From: an uncultured Planctomycetota bacterium
GTDB lineage: Bacteria > Planctomycetota > Planctomycetia > Isosphaerales > Isosphaeraceae
Direction: 5' to 3'
Assembly (NCBI GenBank): GCA_963823665.1
Contig: CAWGMQ010000006.1
Coordinates: forward strand, 320,001-384,000
DNA length: 64,000 nt
Shown: positions 22,025 to 33,112 of the stretch, one piece after another
How the letters are laid out: each line of letters starts with the position of its first letter
Position numbering within the stretch: the stretch's first letter is position 1
Notes under the pieces: model-generated
Databases searched by the model: none
Told to the model about the DNA's origin: nothing
What the model saw: only the letters and a program-made list of their open reading frames with translations
Program-made: the position numbers and the translations under genes

Positions 22025-22370
22025 TTTAACACCAATCAGACGTTCAACTTACGTCAGCTAATTGCTTCGGTGAGCTTCTGCTCCGGATTGACCATCGAAT
22101 GGAAGCGGCGTGGAATTGTCCCGTGATTCTGCGGGTTTTTCATTAGCGCGAGCGCCTGGGTGAGTACCAGGCGCTCTCCGGATCTCCAACTCGACAGTCG
22201 CCTTGCTACCTGAATCTCGCCCCGCCTTGCCGGGATCGCCGAGATTCATGTTGCCCGACGCAAGGTGGCCGCATAGCAGCGAAGCACTCTGCCCCGTCCG
22301 AATTGTCGCGACGGGGGTTCTCGCGTTGATCGTGCGATCGCTTCCCCCCGAACGTCCCGTTCCCTCCATG

Positions 22371-22407
22371 TTGGCCGATCTTCGTCCGGAGCGGTATTCT
22401 TGACCTC
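22371..22407 (+). promoter_or_regulatory. Leaderless sigma70-type promoter of the ECF gene (also at ~27127 and ~33459)
   Basis: TTGGCC-18 nt-TATTCT-7 nt-ATG, conserved before all three ECF copies; no SD sequence. Confidence 0.6.
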
Positions 22408-22995
22408 ATGAACAACGAGGTCACCCGCATTCTTGGCGCCATTGAAGCGGGAAGCCCGCAAGCCGCCGAACGGCTACTGCCGCTGGTCTACGACGAGCTG
22501 CGCAGGCTGGCGGCGGCGCACATGGCGAACGAGGCGAGCGGCCATACCCTGTGCGCAACGGCTTTGGTTCACGAGGCCTATCTGAGACTGGTGGGAGATC
22601 AGCAGTTCAACAACCGGGGCCACTTCTTTGCGGCGGCATCTGAGGCCATGCGGCGCGTGCTGGTCGACCATGCTCGCAACCGCAAGCGGTTGCGGAGAGG
22701 CGGTCCGTCGCGATGGCGGGAGGAGCTTGAGCTCGACGCCGTGGCCCGGCTCGACGCCTCGCCCGACGACCTGCTCGACCTCGACGCCGCCCTTTCCCGG
22801 CTTGAGCGAGAAGACCCCCGCGCCGCCTCCTTGGTAAAGCTCCGTATGTTCGCCGGATTGACCCAGGACGAAGCGGCGACCGCGTTGGGTGTCGTCCGTC
22901 GGACCGCCGACCGCGACTGGGCATTCGCACGCGCCTGGCTATTTCGCCAGCTTTCGGAGAATTCATGTCGCACGGCGGAGCCAGACGGAGCATGA
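22408..22995 (+). CDS. ECF sigma factor, TIGR02999/ECF43-like, copy 1
   Basis: EVTRILGAIEAG..AAERLLPLVYDELRRLAA, HTLCATALVHEAYLRL, RTADRDWAFARAWL. Confidence 0.93.
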   Translation: MNNEVTRILGAIEAGSPQAAERLLPLVYDELRRLAAAHMANEASGHTLCATALVHEAYLRLVGDQQFNNRGHFFAAASEAMRRVLVDHARNRKRLRRGGPSRWREELELDAVARLDASPDDLLDLDAALSRLEREDPRAASLVKLRMFAGLTQDEAATALGVVRRTADRDWAFARAWLFRQLSENSCRTAEPDGA

Positions 22996-23064
22996 CGATG
23001 AGGAGGCCGCTTTCGGGCCTCCGATCCAGAGTCGTTCCGAGCCGATCCCGAGGAGTCGACGCCC

Positions 23065-26000
23065 ATGACTTCGCCCGACCCCGACCTGAAGAGCTTATTC
23101 TGTGAAGCCCTCGAGCGGCCAGGCGGCCCCGAGCGGGACGCGTACCTCGAGGACGCATGTCGCGGCAACCCGGCGCTCAAAGCGGGAGTCGAGGAGCTAC
23201 TGGTGGCCCACGACCAGGCAGGCCGCTTCCTCGCACAAGGCCCGCAGCGCCCAGTCGCTGACGGTTCAAAGACCCTCGACGCCACCGTCACCGATGAGCC
23301 GTCGATTGCCACCAATGCGGCGGAAACGATTGCGGCCGAAACACACGATTTGGCACGAACTTCCGCCTCGGAAACGCTCGCCTTCGCGGAGAATGGGTCT
23401 GGCACCACGAACTCCACAACCGTCGCCTCAGGGCGGAAAAACCTTCCTGGCGGGTTCGTCCCGGGTCAGGTCATTGCGCTGCGGTACACCCTGCGAAGCC
23501 TGCTCGGCGAAGGGGGCCTGGGGACCGTCTACCTGGCCGAACAGACCGAGCCGGTCAAACGCCAGGTCGCACTCAAGTTGATCAAGCTTGGCATGGACTC
23601 GCGCACGGTCCTGGCCCGGTTCGACGCCGAACGCCAGGCGCTGGCGCTGATGGATCACCCGAACATCGCCCGCGTTTACGACGGAGGCACCACCGAAACC
23701 GGCCAGCCGTTCTTCGTGATGGAACTGGTGAACGGCCTGCCGATCACGGATTACTGCGACCGCAAACGGCTGCCGGTTCGCGCTCGGCTGGAGCTGTTCA
23801 TGGCCGTTTGCCAGGCGGTGCAGCATGCCCATCAAAAAGGAATCATCCACCGCGACCTCAAGCCTTCGAACGTGATGGTCACCGAGGTCGACGGCCATCC
23901 CACGCCCAAGGTCATCGATTTCGGCGTGGCCAAGGCCACGGAGTTCGACCTGACCGACCAAAGCCTGGGCGATACGGGAGCGATCGTCGGCACGCCTACC
24001 TATATGTCGCCCGAGCAAGCAGACCCGTCGTCGATGGACATCGACACACGGACCGACGTCTATGCGCTGGGCGTGATCCTCTACGAGTTGCTCGCCGGCT
24101 CGCCGCCGCTGAATGCATCGCAGTTCAAGCGAGGTGCGCTCTTGGAGATGCTGCGCATGGTGCGGGAGGTGGACCCGCCCCGTCCGAGCACGAAAGTGAG
24201 CACGGCGGAAGGGCTGCCCAACATCGCGGCCGGTCGCAGCATCGATCCGGCGCAATTGAAGCGAGCATTGACAGGTGATCTTGACTGGATCGTGATGAAG
24301 GCCCTGGAGAAGGACCGCACGCGGCGGTACGAGACAGCCAACGGCTTCGCCGCCGACATCAATAGGCACCTCTCGTTCGAGCCGGTACTGGCTGCGCCGC
24401 CGAGTCGGGTCTACCGAACGAAGAAATTCGTCCGCAAGCATCGCAACGGGGTGCTCGCGGCCAGCCTGGTGCTGCTGTCGCTGCTGGGCGGGTTGGCCGC
24501 CGTGGCGGCAGTGCAGACGGCGGCCAACGCCACGCTCGCCGCCTCGCTGACGAGAGAAACGAAAGCGAACACGGCCCTGAATGAAGCCAACGGCCAGCTC
24601 ACCAAATCACGTGCGGCCGTGGAGGCGCGGTACAAGCTGGCAACGGACGCGATCAAGACATTTCACACCGGCGTGAGTGAGGACTTCCTGCTCAAGGAGG
24701 AGAAATTCAAGGAGCTGCGCAACCGGCTGTTGAAATCGGCCTCGGACTTCTACGGCAAGCTCGGCGCCCTGCTCGGCAAGGAGACCGACATCGCCTCACG
24801 GCGGGCCCTGGCGCAGTCGAACTTCGAGCTGGCTGACCTGACGGCCAAAGTCGGCCGCAACGAGGACGCCCTGGCGGCGCATAATGCGGTGCTGGCGGCG
24901 CGTGAGGCACTGGCGGCCGAGCCGGGAGCGGGCACCCTAGCCAAAGTCGACGTCGGGCGCAGCTTCATCGCGGTCGCAGGGCTGCTCGAAGCGACCGGCA
25001 AGACGGACGAGGCGCTGGCGTCTTACCGGCGGTCAGAGTCACTGCTGGCCGTCCCAGCGGGTGCCGATCCGTCGGCGCGGGCCGCGCTGGCGGACTGCCG
25101 GTCGCAAATGGGTGGGCTCCTAACGGCCACGGGCAAGTCCGCCGCCGCCCTGGCGGCCTTCCGGCTGGCGCGGGCCGACCAGGAGGCGCTGGCCGCCGCT
25201 CCCGAAGCCTCCAACGACGCCCGCTACGACCTGGCGAACACGGTCCTCCATCTCGGCGCCCTGCTGGGGGCGACGGGCAAGGGGTCAGAGGAGGAGGCCG
25301 AGTTCCGCCGGGCGCTGGCGCTCTTCCAGAAGCTGGCCGACGACAACCCCGCCGTCACCAAATTCCGTAGCAGCCTGGCCTGGAGCCACAACAGCCTCGG
25401 GCAGGTGCTGATGGGCTCAGGCAGGACATCGGACGCGGAGGCCGAGCTCCGCAAGGGGCTGGCGCTCTACAAGAAGCTGGCCGACGACAACCCCGCCGTC
25501 ACCGACTTCCGCAGCGAGCTGACCGGGACCCACGACCACCTCGGCTTTTTGCTGTGGAACACGGGCAGGCTGGCGGAAGCGGAGGCCGAGCTCCGCAACG
25601 CGCTGGCGCTCGTGCAAAAGCTGGCCCACGACAACCCCACCGACACCGGCTTCCGCAGCCAATTGGCGCAAACCCACTTCGTCCTCGGTCACGTGTTGTC
25701 GGACATGGGCAAGCCAGTCGCGGCGGAGGCCGAGTACCGCGAGTCGCTGTCGATCCGGCAGAAGCTGGCCGACGACAACCCCGCCGTCACCTGGTCCCGC
25801 TTCAGCCTGGGGCACAGTCACTACTTCCTCGGCGCCCTGCTGTCGAAGACGGGCAAGCCGGCGGAATCGGAGGCCGAGTTCCGCAAGGCGATGGCGCTCT
25901 ACCAGAAGCTGGACGACGACGAGCCCGTCCGCACCGACTTCCGCCACTATCTGTCGTGGAGTCACCGCGCGCTCGCCGAACTGCTGTCGAAGACGGGCAA

Positions 26001-26820
26001 GCCGGCAGAGTCGGAGGCCGAGTACGGCAACGCGCTGGCGATCCGGCAGAAGCTGGCCGACGACGACCCCGCCGACACCGGCTTCCGCACCGTCCTGGCG
26101 GACTTCCACCTCGACCACGCCATCCTGCTGTCGGGGACGGGCAAGCCAGCGGAGGCGGAGTACCGCAAGGTGCTGGAGATCCGGCAGAAGCTGGTCGACG
26201 ACAACCCCTCTGTCATCGATCTCCGCGTAAACCTGTCCCTCGACTATTTGAGGGTAGCTGCCCTCCAGGCGTGGTTTGGGCAGGACAAGGAGCTTTCCTC
26301 GACTTGCGAGAAAGTCCTTTCGCTCGCGAAAGATACGGAAGATCCCACGGTCGCCGAAAGGGCGGCGAAGTGTTGCAGCCTGCGCCAGGCCGACCCCAAG
26401 CTGCGCGAAGCCGCGCTGGTTCTCGCCCGTCGCGCGGTCGAACATGGAAAGGGTTCCCAGTGGCTGGTTTTTTTCGAGATGGACCTCGGCATGGCGGAAT
26501 ACCGTAGCGGGCACTTCGCGGAAGCCGACGCCGCTTTGACCGCGGCGATGAATGATCCAGGTAAGAATAACACTGTATCAAGCACTTCAGCGTTCTACCG
26601 CGCGATGGGCCTGTTTCGACAGGGCAAGACCGACCTTGCCCGCAAGCTCGCTACCGAAGCGGCCGCGAAGATGAAACCGCTGCCCGTCGACGAGCAGAAG
26701 CCGCTTCTCGGCGGTGCCGACGAGAACGACCTGATCATGTGGCTGGCCTACAAGGAGGCGAAGGCCTTGATCCCGTTTGACGCGACCCCCGCCGCCCCGG
26801 CGCAGCCCCACACGAAATGA
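23065..26820 (+). CDS. Membrane Ser/Thr protein kinase with TPR array, copy 1 (7 x 48-aa repeats)
   Basis: [37 protein letters not shown]; one TM helix ([21 protein letters not shown]); 144-bp repeats QKLADDNP. Confidence 0.95.
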   Translation: MTSPDPDLKSLFCEALERPGGPERDAYLEDACRGNPALKAGVEELLVAHDQAGRFLAQGPQRPVADGSKTLDATVTDEPSIATNAAETIAAETHDLARTSASETLAFAENGSGTTNSTTVASGRKNLPGGFVPGQVIALRYTLRSLLGEGGLGTVYLAEQTEPVKRQVALKLIKLGMDSRTVLARFDAERQALALMDHPNIARVYDGGTTETGQPFFVMELVNGLPITDYCDRKRLPVRARLELFMAVCQAVQHAHQKGIIHRDLKPSNVMVTEVDGHPTPKVIDFGVAKATEFDLTDQSLGDTGAIVGTPTYMSPEQADPSSMDIDTRTDVYALGVILYELLAGSPPLNASQFKRGALLEMLRMVREVDPPRPSTKVSTAEGLPNIAAGRSIDPAQLKRALTGDLDWIVMKALEKDRTRRYETANGFAADINRHLSFEPVLAAPPSRVYRTKKFVRKHRNGVLAASLVLLSLLGGLAAVAAVQTAANATLAASLTRETKANTALNEANGQLTKSRAAVEARYKLATDAIKTFHTGVSEDFLLKEEKFKELRNRLLKSASDFYGKLGALLGKETDIASRRALAQSNFELADLTAKVGRNEDALAAHNAVLAAREALAAEPGAGTLAKVDVGRSFIAVAGLLEATGKTDEALASYRRSESLLAVPAGADPSARAALADCRSQMGGLLTATGKSAAALAAFRLARADQEALAAAPEASNDARYDLANTVLHLGALLGATGKGSEEEAEFRRALALFQKLADDNPAVTKFRSSLAWSHNSLGQVLMGSGRTSDAEAELRKGLALYKKLADDNPAVTDFRSELTGTHDHLGFLLWNTGRLAEAEAELRNALALVQKLAHDNPTDTGFRSQLAQTHFVLGHVLSDMGKPVAAEAEYRESLSIRQKLADDNPAVTWSRFSLGHSHYFLGALLSKTGKPAESEAEFRKAMALYQKLDDDEPVRTDFRHYLSWSHRALAELLSKTGKPAESEAEYGNALAIRQKLADDDPADTGFRTVLADFHLDHAILLSGTGKPAEAEYRKVLEIRQKLVDDNPSVIDLRVNLSLDYLRVAALQAWFGQDKELSSTCEKVLSLAKDTEDPTVAERAAKCCSLRQADPKLREAALVLARRAVEHGKGSQWLVFFEMDLGMAEYRSGHFAEADAALTAAMNDPGKNNTVSSTSAFYRAMGLFRQGKTDLARKLATEAAAKMKPLPVDEQKPLLGGADENDLIMWLAYKEAKALIPFDATPAAPAQPHTK

Positions 26821-27163
26821 CCGCGTGTCTGGGATGAGATGGATCAGCCCGCGAGAGCACCAGAGGTGGGGCCAGAGTCCGGGTCGGGCAACCCACCAAA
26901 GCCGCCGACCTGCCGCGGGCAGTGGAGCTGTGGGATAAATTTAGAAGGTCTTCATTCGTAGAATGGTATCTATCCATTTGTGGCTAGACTCCATCATGTC
27001 GTGCCCGGAGCCGCCGATTTTTCACGCCCAATGCAAAATGGCTGCCTGGCTCGGTTCCCTATATACTTGCGATGAGCTTCATGCAGGACGGGATCCCTTT
27101 CCACGGAACGTCCCGTTCCCTACGTGTTGGCCGATCATCGCCCGGGCCGGTATTCTTGACCTC

Positions 27164-27751
27164 ATGAAGAACGCGCTCACCCGCATCCTCGGCGCCATTG
27201 AAGCTGGAAACCCGCAAGCCGCCGATCGGTTACTGCCGCTGGTATACGAGGAGCTGCGCAAGCTGGCGGCCGCACACATGGCGAACGAGGCTGGTGACCA
27301 TACCCTGTGCGCAACGGCTTTGGTTCACGAGGCCTATCTGCGGCTGGTGGGAGATCAGCAGTTCAACAACCGAGGTCATTTCTTCGCCGCGGCGTCTGAG
27401 GCCATGCGGCGCGTGCTGGTCGACCATGCTCGCAACCGCAAGCGGCTTCGAAGGGGCGGTCCTTCGCGACGGCGCGATGAGCTTGAACTCGACGCCGTGG
27501 CTCGGCTCGACGCTTCGCCGGACGACTTGCTCGACCTCGACGCCGCCCTTTCCCGGCTTGAGCGAGAAGACCCCCGCGCCGCCTCGTTGGTCAAGCTACG
27601 AATGTTCGCCGGACTGACCCAGGATGAAGCGGCGACCGCGTTGGGGGTGGTCCGTCGGACAGCCGACCGCGACTGGGCCTTCGCACGCGCCTGGCTTTTT
27701 CGGCAACTTTCGGAGAATTCATGTCGCACGGCGGAGCCAGACGGAGCATGA
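27164..27751 (+). CDS. ECF sigma factor, TIGR02999/ECF43-like, copy 2
   Basis: Near-identical to copy 1; start placed at ATG 27164 by alignment with it. Confidence 0.93.
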   Translation: MKNALTRILGAIEAGNPQAADRLLPLVYEELRKLAAAHMANEAGDHTLCATALVHEAYLRLVGDQQFNNRGHFFAAASEAMRRVLVDHARNRKRLRRGGPSRRRDELELDAVARLDASPDDLLDLDAALSRLEREDPRAASLVKLRMFAGLTQDEAATALGVVRRTADRDWAFARAWLFRQLSENSCRTAEPDGA

Positions 27752-27820
27752 CGATGAGAAGGCCGTTTTCGGGCCTCCGATCCTGAGTCGTTCCGAGCCG
27801 ATCCCGAGGAGTCGACGCCC

Positions 27821-30800
27821 ATGGCCTCACCCGACGCCAACCTGAAGAGCTTATTCTGCGAAGCCCTTGAGCGGCCATTCGGCCCCGAGCGGGACGCGTA
27901 CCTTGAGGACGCATGTCGCGGCAACCCAGCGCTCAAGGCGGGAGTCGAGGGGCTACTGGCGGCCCACGACCAGGCAGGCCGCTTCCTTGCACAAGGCCCG
28001 GAGGGACCGGTCGCTGACGGGTTAGAGACCCTTGCCGCCACCGGAACCGATGCGCCGTCGATTGCCGCCAATTCAGCGGAAACGATTGCCAACGAGTCAC
28101 ACCAATCGGCAAGAACTTCCGCCTCGGAAACGCTCGCCCTCGCGGAGAATGGATCTGGCACCACGAACGCCACAGCCGTCGCCCCAGGGTGGAAAAAACG
28201 CCCTGGCGGAGTCGTGCCGGGTCAGATCATCGCGTTGCGGTACACGCTGCGAAACCTGCTCGGCGAAGGGGGACTGGGAACGGTTTACGTGGCCGAACAG
28301 ACCGAACCGGTGAAACGCCAGGTCGCGCTCAAGCTGATCAAGGTTGGCATGGACTCGCGCGCGGTTCTGGCCCGGTTCGACGCCGAACGCCAGGCGCTGG
28401 CGCTGATGGATCACCCGAACATCGCCCGCGTTTACGACGGAGGCACGACCGAAACCGGCCAGCCGTACTTTGTGATGGAACTGGTGAACGGCCTGCCGAT
28501 CACGGATTACTGCGACCGCAAACGGCTGCCGGTTCGGGCTCGGCTGGAGCTGTTCGTGGCCGTTTGCCAGGCGGTGCAGCATGCCCATCAAAAAGGAATC
28601 ATCCACCGCGACCTCAAGCCTTCGAACGTGATGGTCACCGAGGTCGACGGCCGTCCCACGCCCAAGGTCATCGATTTCGGCGTGGCCAAGGCCACGGAGT
28701 TCGACCTGACCGACCAAAGCCTGGGCGATACCGGAGCGATCGTCGGCACGCCTACCTACATGTCGCCCGAGCAAGCGGACCCGTCGTCGATGGACATCGA
28801 CACACGGACCGACGTCTATGCGCTGGGCGTGATCCTCTACGAGTTACTCGCCGGTTCGCCGCCGATGGATACATCGCAGTTCAAGAGAGGTGCGCTGCTG
28901 GAAATGCTGCGCATGGTGCGGGAGGTCGATCCGCCCCGCCCGAGCACTAAGGCGAGCACGGCGGAAGGGCTGCCCAGCATCGCGGCCGGTCGCAGCATCG
29001 ATCCGGCGCAATTGAAGCGAGCATTGACGGGTGATCTCGACTGGATCGTGATGAAGGCCTTGGAGAAGGACCGCACCCGGCGGTACGAGACAGCCAACGG
29101 CTTCGCCGCCGACATCAATCGGCACCTTTCGTCCGAGCCGGTACTGGCCGCGCCGCCGAGTCGGGTCTACCGAACGAAGAAATTTGTCCGCAGGCATCGC
29201 AACGGGGTGCTCGCCGCGAGCCTGGTGCTACTGTCACTGCTCGGCGGCCTGGCCGCGGTGGCGGCAGTGCAGACGGCGGCCAACGCCATGCTCAAGGCCT
29301 CGCTGACGAGAGAAACACGCGCGAACATGGCCCTGAATGAAGCCAACGGCCAGCTCACCAAATCACGTGCGGCCGTGGAGGCGAGATATAAGCTGGCAAC
29401 GGAGGCGATCAAGACGTTTCACACCGGCGTGAGTGAGGACTTCCTGCTCAAGGAGGAGAAATTCAAGGAGCTGCGCAACCGGCTCTTGAAATCGGCCTCG
29501 GACTTCTATGGCAAGCTCGGCGCCCTGCTCGGCAAGGAGACCGACATCGCCTCGCGGCGGGCCCTGGCGCAGTCCAACTTCGAGCTGGCCGACCTGACGG
29601 GCAAGGTCGGCCGCAACGAGGACGCCTCGGCGGCGCATCGTGCGGTCCTGGCGGCTCACGAGGCGCTGGCGGCCGAGCCGGGGGCCGGCGTCGTGGCCAA
29701 GGTCGACGTCGGGCGCAGCTTGATCGCGGTCGGCGGGCTGCTCGAAGCGACCGGCAAGACGGACGAGGCGCTGGCGGCCTACCGGCGGTCGGAGTCGCTG
29801 CTCGCCGGCCCGGCGGGTGCCGATCCGTCGGCGCGGGCCGCGCTGGCGGCCTGCCGGTCGCAAATGGGTTGGCTCCTGAACACCACGGGCAAGTCCGCAG
29901 ACGCCCTGGCGGCCTTCCGGCTGGCGCGGGCCGACCAGGAGGCGCTGGCCGCCGCTCCAGAAGCCTCCAACGAGGCCCGCCACGCCCTGGCGGACACGGT
30001 CCTCCGACTTGGCACCCTGCTGAAGCAGGCGGGCAAGCCGTCACAGGCGGAGGCCGAGTACCGCCGGGCGCTGGAGATCTCCCAGAAGCTGGCCGACAAC
30101 AACCCCGTCGTCACCAAATTCCGCAGCCGCCTGGCGGAAAGTCACTTCAGCCTCGGCTGGCTGCTGGACAGCACGGGCAAGAATACGGAGGCGGAGGCCG
30201 AGCACCGCAAGGGGCTGGCGCTCTTCCAGAAGCTGGCCGACGACAACCCCGCCGTCACCAAATTCCGCAGCGACCTGGCGTGGAGTCACAACAACCTCGG
30301 CGCCACGTTGAATCACATGGGCAAGCCAGTCGCGGCGGCGGCCGAGTTCCGCAAGGAGCTGGCGCTCCAGCAGAAGCTGGCCGACGACAACCCCTCCGTC
30401 ATCGAATTCCGCAACGGCCTGGCGCTCAGCCACTTAAACCACGGCATCCTGCTGGGGGAGGCGGGCAAGCCGGCGGAGGCGGAGCCCGAGTACCGTAAGG
30501 CGCTGGCACTCTGGCAGAAGCTGGCCGACGACAACCCCGCCGTCACCGAATTCCGCATGTGGCTGGCGGATAGCCACAACATCCTCGGCAACGTGCTGTC
30601 GAAGACGAGCAAGACGGCGGAGGCGGAGGCCGAGCGCCGCACGGCGGTGGCGATCCGGCGGAAGCTGGTCGACGACCACCCTGCCGACACCAGCTTCCGC
30701 CAGCGGCTGGCGGACAGCCACTTCGACTTCGGCATCCTGCTGTCGGGGACGGGCAAGACGGCGGAGGCGGAGGCCGAGCGCCGCAAGGCGGTGGCGATCC

Positions 30801-31582
30801 GGCAGAAGCTGGTCGACGACCACCCCGCCGACACCAGCTTCCGCCAGCGGCTGGCGGACAGCCACTTCGACCTCGGCATCCTGCTGTCGGGGACGGGCAA
30901 GCCAGCGGAGGCGGCGGTCGAGTACCGCAAGGCGGTGGCGATCCGGCAGAAGCTGGCCGACGACAACCCCTCTGACATCGATCTCCGCCGTAAGCTGTCC
31001 TGGGACTATTTGAGGGTAGCTGCTCTCCAGGCGTGGTTTGGGCAGGACACGGAGCTTTCCTCCACTTGCGAGAAACTCCTTTCGCTCGCGAAAGATACGG
31101 AAGGTCCCGAGTTCGCCGAATGGGCGGCGAAGTGTTGCAGCCTGCGCCAGGCCGACCCCAAGCTGCGCGAAGCCGCGCTGGTTCTCGCCCGTCGCGCGGT
31201 GGAACATGGAAAGGGTTCCCAGTGGCTGGTTTATTACGAGATGGCCCTCGGCATGGCAGAATACCGGAGCGGACACTTCGCGGAAGCCGACGCCGCTTTG
31301 ACCGCGGCGATGAATGATCCAGGTAAAAATAACGCTGTATCAAGCACTTCAGCGTTCTACCGCGCGATAAGCCTGTTTCGACAGGGCAAGACCGACCTTG
31401 CCCGCAAGCTCGCTACCGAAGCGGCCGCGCAGATGAAACCGCTGCCCGTCGACGAGCAGAAACCGCTTCTCGGCGGTGCCGACGCGAACGACCTGATCAT
31501 GTGGCTGGCCTACAAGGAAGCGAAGGCCATGATCCAGTTTGACGCGACCCCCGCCGCCCCGGCGCAGCCCCACACGAAATGA
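27821..31582 (+). CDS. Membrane Ser/Thr protein kinase with TPR array, copy 2 (7 x 48-aa repeats)
   Basis: Same kinase, TM and C-terminal cap as copy 1; different repeat residues. Confidence 0.95.
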   Translation: MASPDANLKSLFCEALERPFGPERDAYLEDACRGNPALKAGVEGLLAAHDQAGRFLAQGPEGPVADGLETLAATGTDAPSIAANSAETIANESHQSARTSASETLALAENGSGTTNATAVAPGWKKRPGGVVPGQIIALRYTLRNLLGEGGLGTVYVAEQTEPVKRQVALKLIKVGMDSRAVLARFDAERQALALMDHPNIARVYDGGTTETGQPYFVMELVNGLPITDYCDRKRLPVRARLELFVAVCQAVQHAHQKGIIHRDLKPSNVMVTEVDGRPTPKVIDFGVAKATEFDLTDQSLGDTGAIVGTPTYMSPEQADPSSMDIDTRTDVYALGVILYELLAGSPPMDTSQFKRGALLEMLRMVREVDPPRPSTKASTAEGLPSIAAGRSIDPAQLKRALTGDLDWIVMKALEKDRTRRYETANGFAADINRHLSSEPVLAAPPSRVYRTKKFVRRHRNGVLAASLVLLSLLGGLAAVAAVQTAANAMLKASLTRETRANMALNEANGQLTKSRAAVEARYKLATEAIKTFHTGVSEDFLLKEEKFKELRNRLLKSASDFYGKLGALLGKETDIASRRALAQSNFELADLTGKVGRNEDASAAHRAVLAAHEALAAEPGAGVVAKVDVGRSLIAVGGLLEATGKTDEALAAYRRSESLLAGPAGADPSARAALAACRSQMGWLLNTTGKSADALAAFRLARADQEALAAAPEASNEARHALADTVLRLGTLLKQAGKPSQAEAEYRRALEISQKLADNNPVVTKFRSRLAESHFSLGWLLDSTGKNTEAEAEHRKGLALFQKLADDNPAVTKFRSDLAWSHNNLGATLNHMGKPVAAAAEFRKELALQQKLADDNPSVIEFRNGLALSHLNHGILLGEAGKPAEAEPEYRKALALWQKLADDNPAVTEFRMWLADSHNILGNVLSKTSKTAEAEAERRTAVAIRRKLVDDHPADTSFRQRLADSHFDFGILLSGTGKTAEAEAERRKAVAIRQKLVDDHPADTSFRQRLADSHFDLGILLSGTGKPAEAAVEYRKAVAIRQKLADDNPSDIDLRRKLSWDYLRVAALQAWFGQDTELSSTCEKLLSLAKDTEGPEFAEWAAKCCSLRQADPKLREAALVLARRAVEHGKGSQWLVYYEMALGMAEYRSGHFAEADAALTAAMNDPGKNNAVSSTSAFYRAISLFRQGKTDLARKLATEAAAQMKPLPVDEQKPLLGGADANDLIMWLAYKEAKAMIQFDATPAAPAQPHTK

Positions 31583-31596
31583 CCGCGTGTCTGGGA

Positions 31597-31640
31597 TGGG
31601 ACGGAAACAGGGACGCGGACGGAAACAAGGACGCGACCAG
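31597..31640 (+). repeat. Short tandem repeat GGACGGAAACA(G/A)GGACG x2 (second copy at 38071-38110)
   Basis: Directly visible just after the stop codons of kinase copies 2 and 3. Confidence 0.75.
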
Positions 31641-31734
31641 TATCGACAAAGACGGCGGGGTAGTGGCGGACGGAAACCGCAACGTCTCCAACCGCTCGGA
31701 ATGGATTTTGGTTCCGAGCGAGGTGTCGCTCTTG

Positions 31735-32332
31735 GGTACCTTGCTCCCTTGCCGACGTTCTCTTCCTTCAGTGCCAGTCCGAAATCGGCGACGTAGGGCT
31801 TGTCGTCCTGACCGATCAGGATATTGCCCGGCTTCACGTCCCTATGAACGAGTCCGTGCTTGTGGGCGTAATGCAGGGCGTCGGCCACAGTCGCCACCAG
31901 CACCGCGGCGTCCCGATAATCGAGCCGCTCGCGTTTCAGCCGTTTCGACAGGTCGGTCTCGTCGGTGTATTTCGAGACAACGTAGCAGGGGCAGTGCTCG
32001 GTGCTGCCCACGTCACGCACCGGGACGATGCCGGGATGGTCGAGATTGGCGACCATTCGAGCCTCGGCCAGATACGCTTCCGCATCTTCGGGCTTCGAGA
32101 TCAACCTGGCGTGCGGCACCTTGAGGGCGACGGGCCGGTTCAGTTGCTCACCCTGAGCGAGATAGACAAGGCCAAAGCTCCCCTCGCCCAGCGCTTTCTC
32201 AATGCGGTAGCGACCGATCCGCTGGGGATATTCGGCAGGTGCAGCACCACGTTGCGGGTCAGCTTTCCCTTCGTGATCCTCCGCCACATCGAGTGTATTC
32301 GATTCGTTCACGGCTGCCGTCGCCCTCCTCAC
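31735..32332 (-). pseudogene. 3'-truncated Ser/Thr kinase of a different subfamily
   Basis: [36 protein letters not shown]; homology stops at GKGARY, before the GTP/SPE motifs. Confidence 0.85.
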
Positions 32333-32646
32333 CCATGCCCGGCATTTTCGTCACCTCTCTATCAAGTCCGAGTCTAGCAATCTGGATCTGGGAGTGCATC
32401 ACGCACCCGCAGTTTGAGCCGCGAAACGATGTTTCTTTCGCCGAAAGCCGGGGCCAACGAAAAACCCCCGGCTGGCAGGACCGAGCGCCTCTCCTTAACG
32501 GGTTTGGTGCCTATCGGTCGCAAGACCGCTCCGGCATCGCCCGCGGATCACTTGGGACGGGTTTACCGGTGTAATCCGACATCGGCCGCCGCGCGTCAGC
32601 CTATCACGCATCATCAAGCCTGTACGGGCCTCCATTCGGACGCGAG

Positions 32647-32814
32647 TTGGGAACAAATTGGGAACGGTATTGGCAACGTCAGCCCCATGCGGCCACAATG
32701 CGAAAACACCAAGGTGGCGACGTGCTAGCCTTGGATTCGCAAACTTTAAGCACCACCGCAACCTGTTTCCAATGCGACGGCGATGGCAGACGCGCCGGAC
32801 TCAAAATCCGGTCC
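32647..32814 (+). repeat. att-like unit 2: TTGG(G/C)AAC x3 plus tRNA-Leu(CAA) fragment
   Basis: Repeats at 32647, 32658 and 32670; ATGGCAGACGCGCCGGACTCAAAATCCGGTCC at 32783-32814. Confidence 0.78.
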
Positions 32815-33063
32815 ATCGTCGCCGGGCAGTTCGATCCGATTCCATGCGGCCCGTCGCGATACCTCGTCTACCACGATCAGCGTGAAGCCATCGCGGCTCT
32901 TCGAGATATTGGTAGAGGCGGCCGAGTTGCAGTGCCGCGGCACCAAAACGGTGGCAAACCACAGAAAAACAATACCGAGAATCTTTCGAAATCCTGGAAA
33001 ACGGCAGCCCTTGGTATATCGCATTTAACTGGTTACCGAGAAAGGCGTTGTGTCAGACTGGAC

Positions 33064-33112
33064 CGCCTGGTTTGGAACCAGGAGGTTGGCGGTTCGATCC
33101 CGCTGGTCTCCA
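33064..33112 (+). pseudogene. Second 3' half of tRNA-Ala (anticodon mutated TGC to TGG)
   Basis: CGCCTGGTTTGGAACCAGGAGGTTGGCGGTTCGATCCCGCTGGTCTCCA, a paralogue of 21978-22024. Confidence 0.8.

Noticed and set aside
26963..27163. N-terminal extension on ECF copy 2 (262-aa ORF)
   Set aside because: Alignment with copies 1 and 3 and the conserved leaderless promoter place the start at 27164.
31349..32332. Intact 327-aa antisense kinase overlapping kinase 2
   Set aside because: Kinase homology ends at ~31735; the rest is read-through into spacer and antisense sequence.
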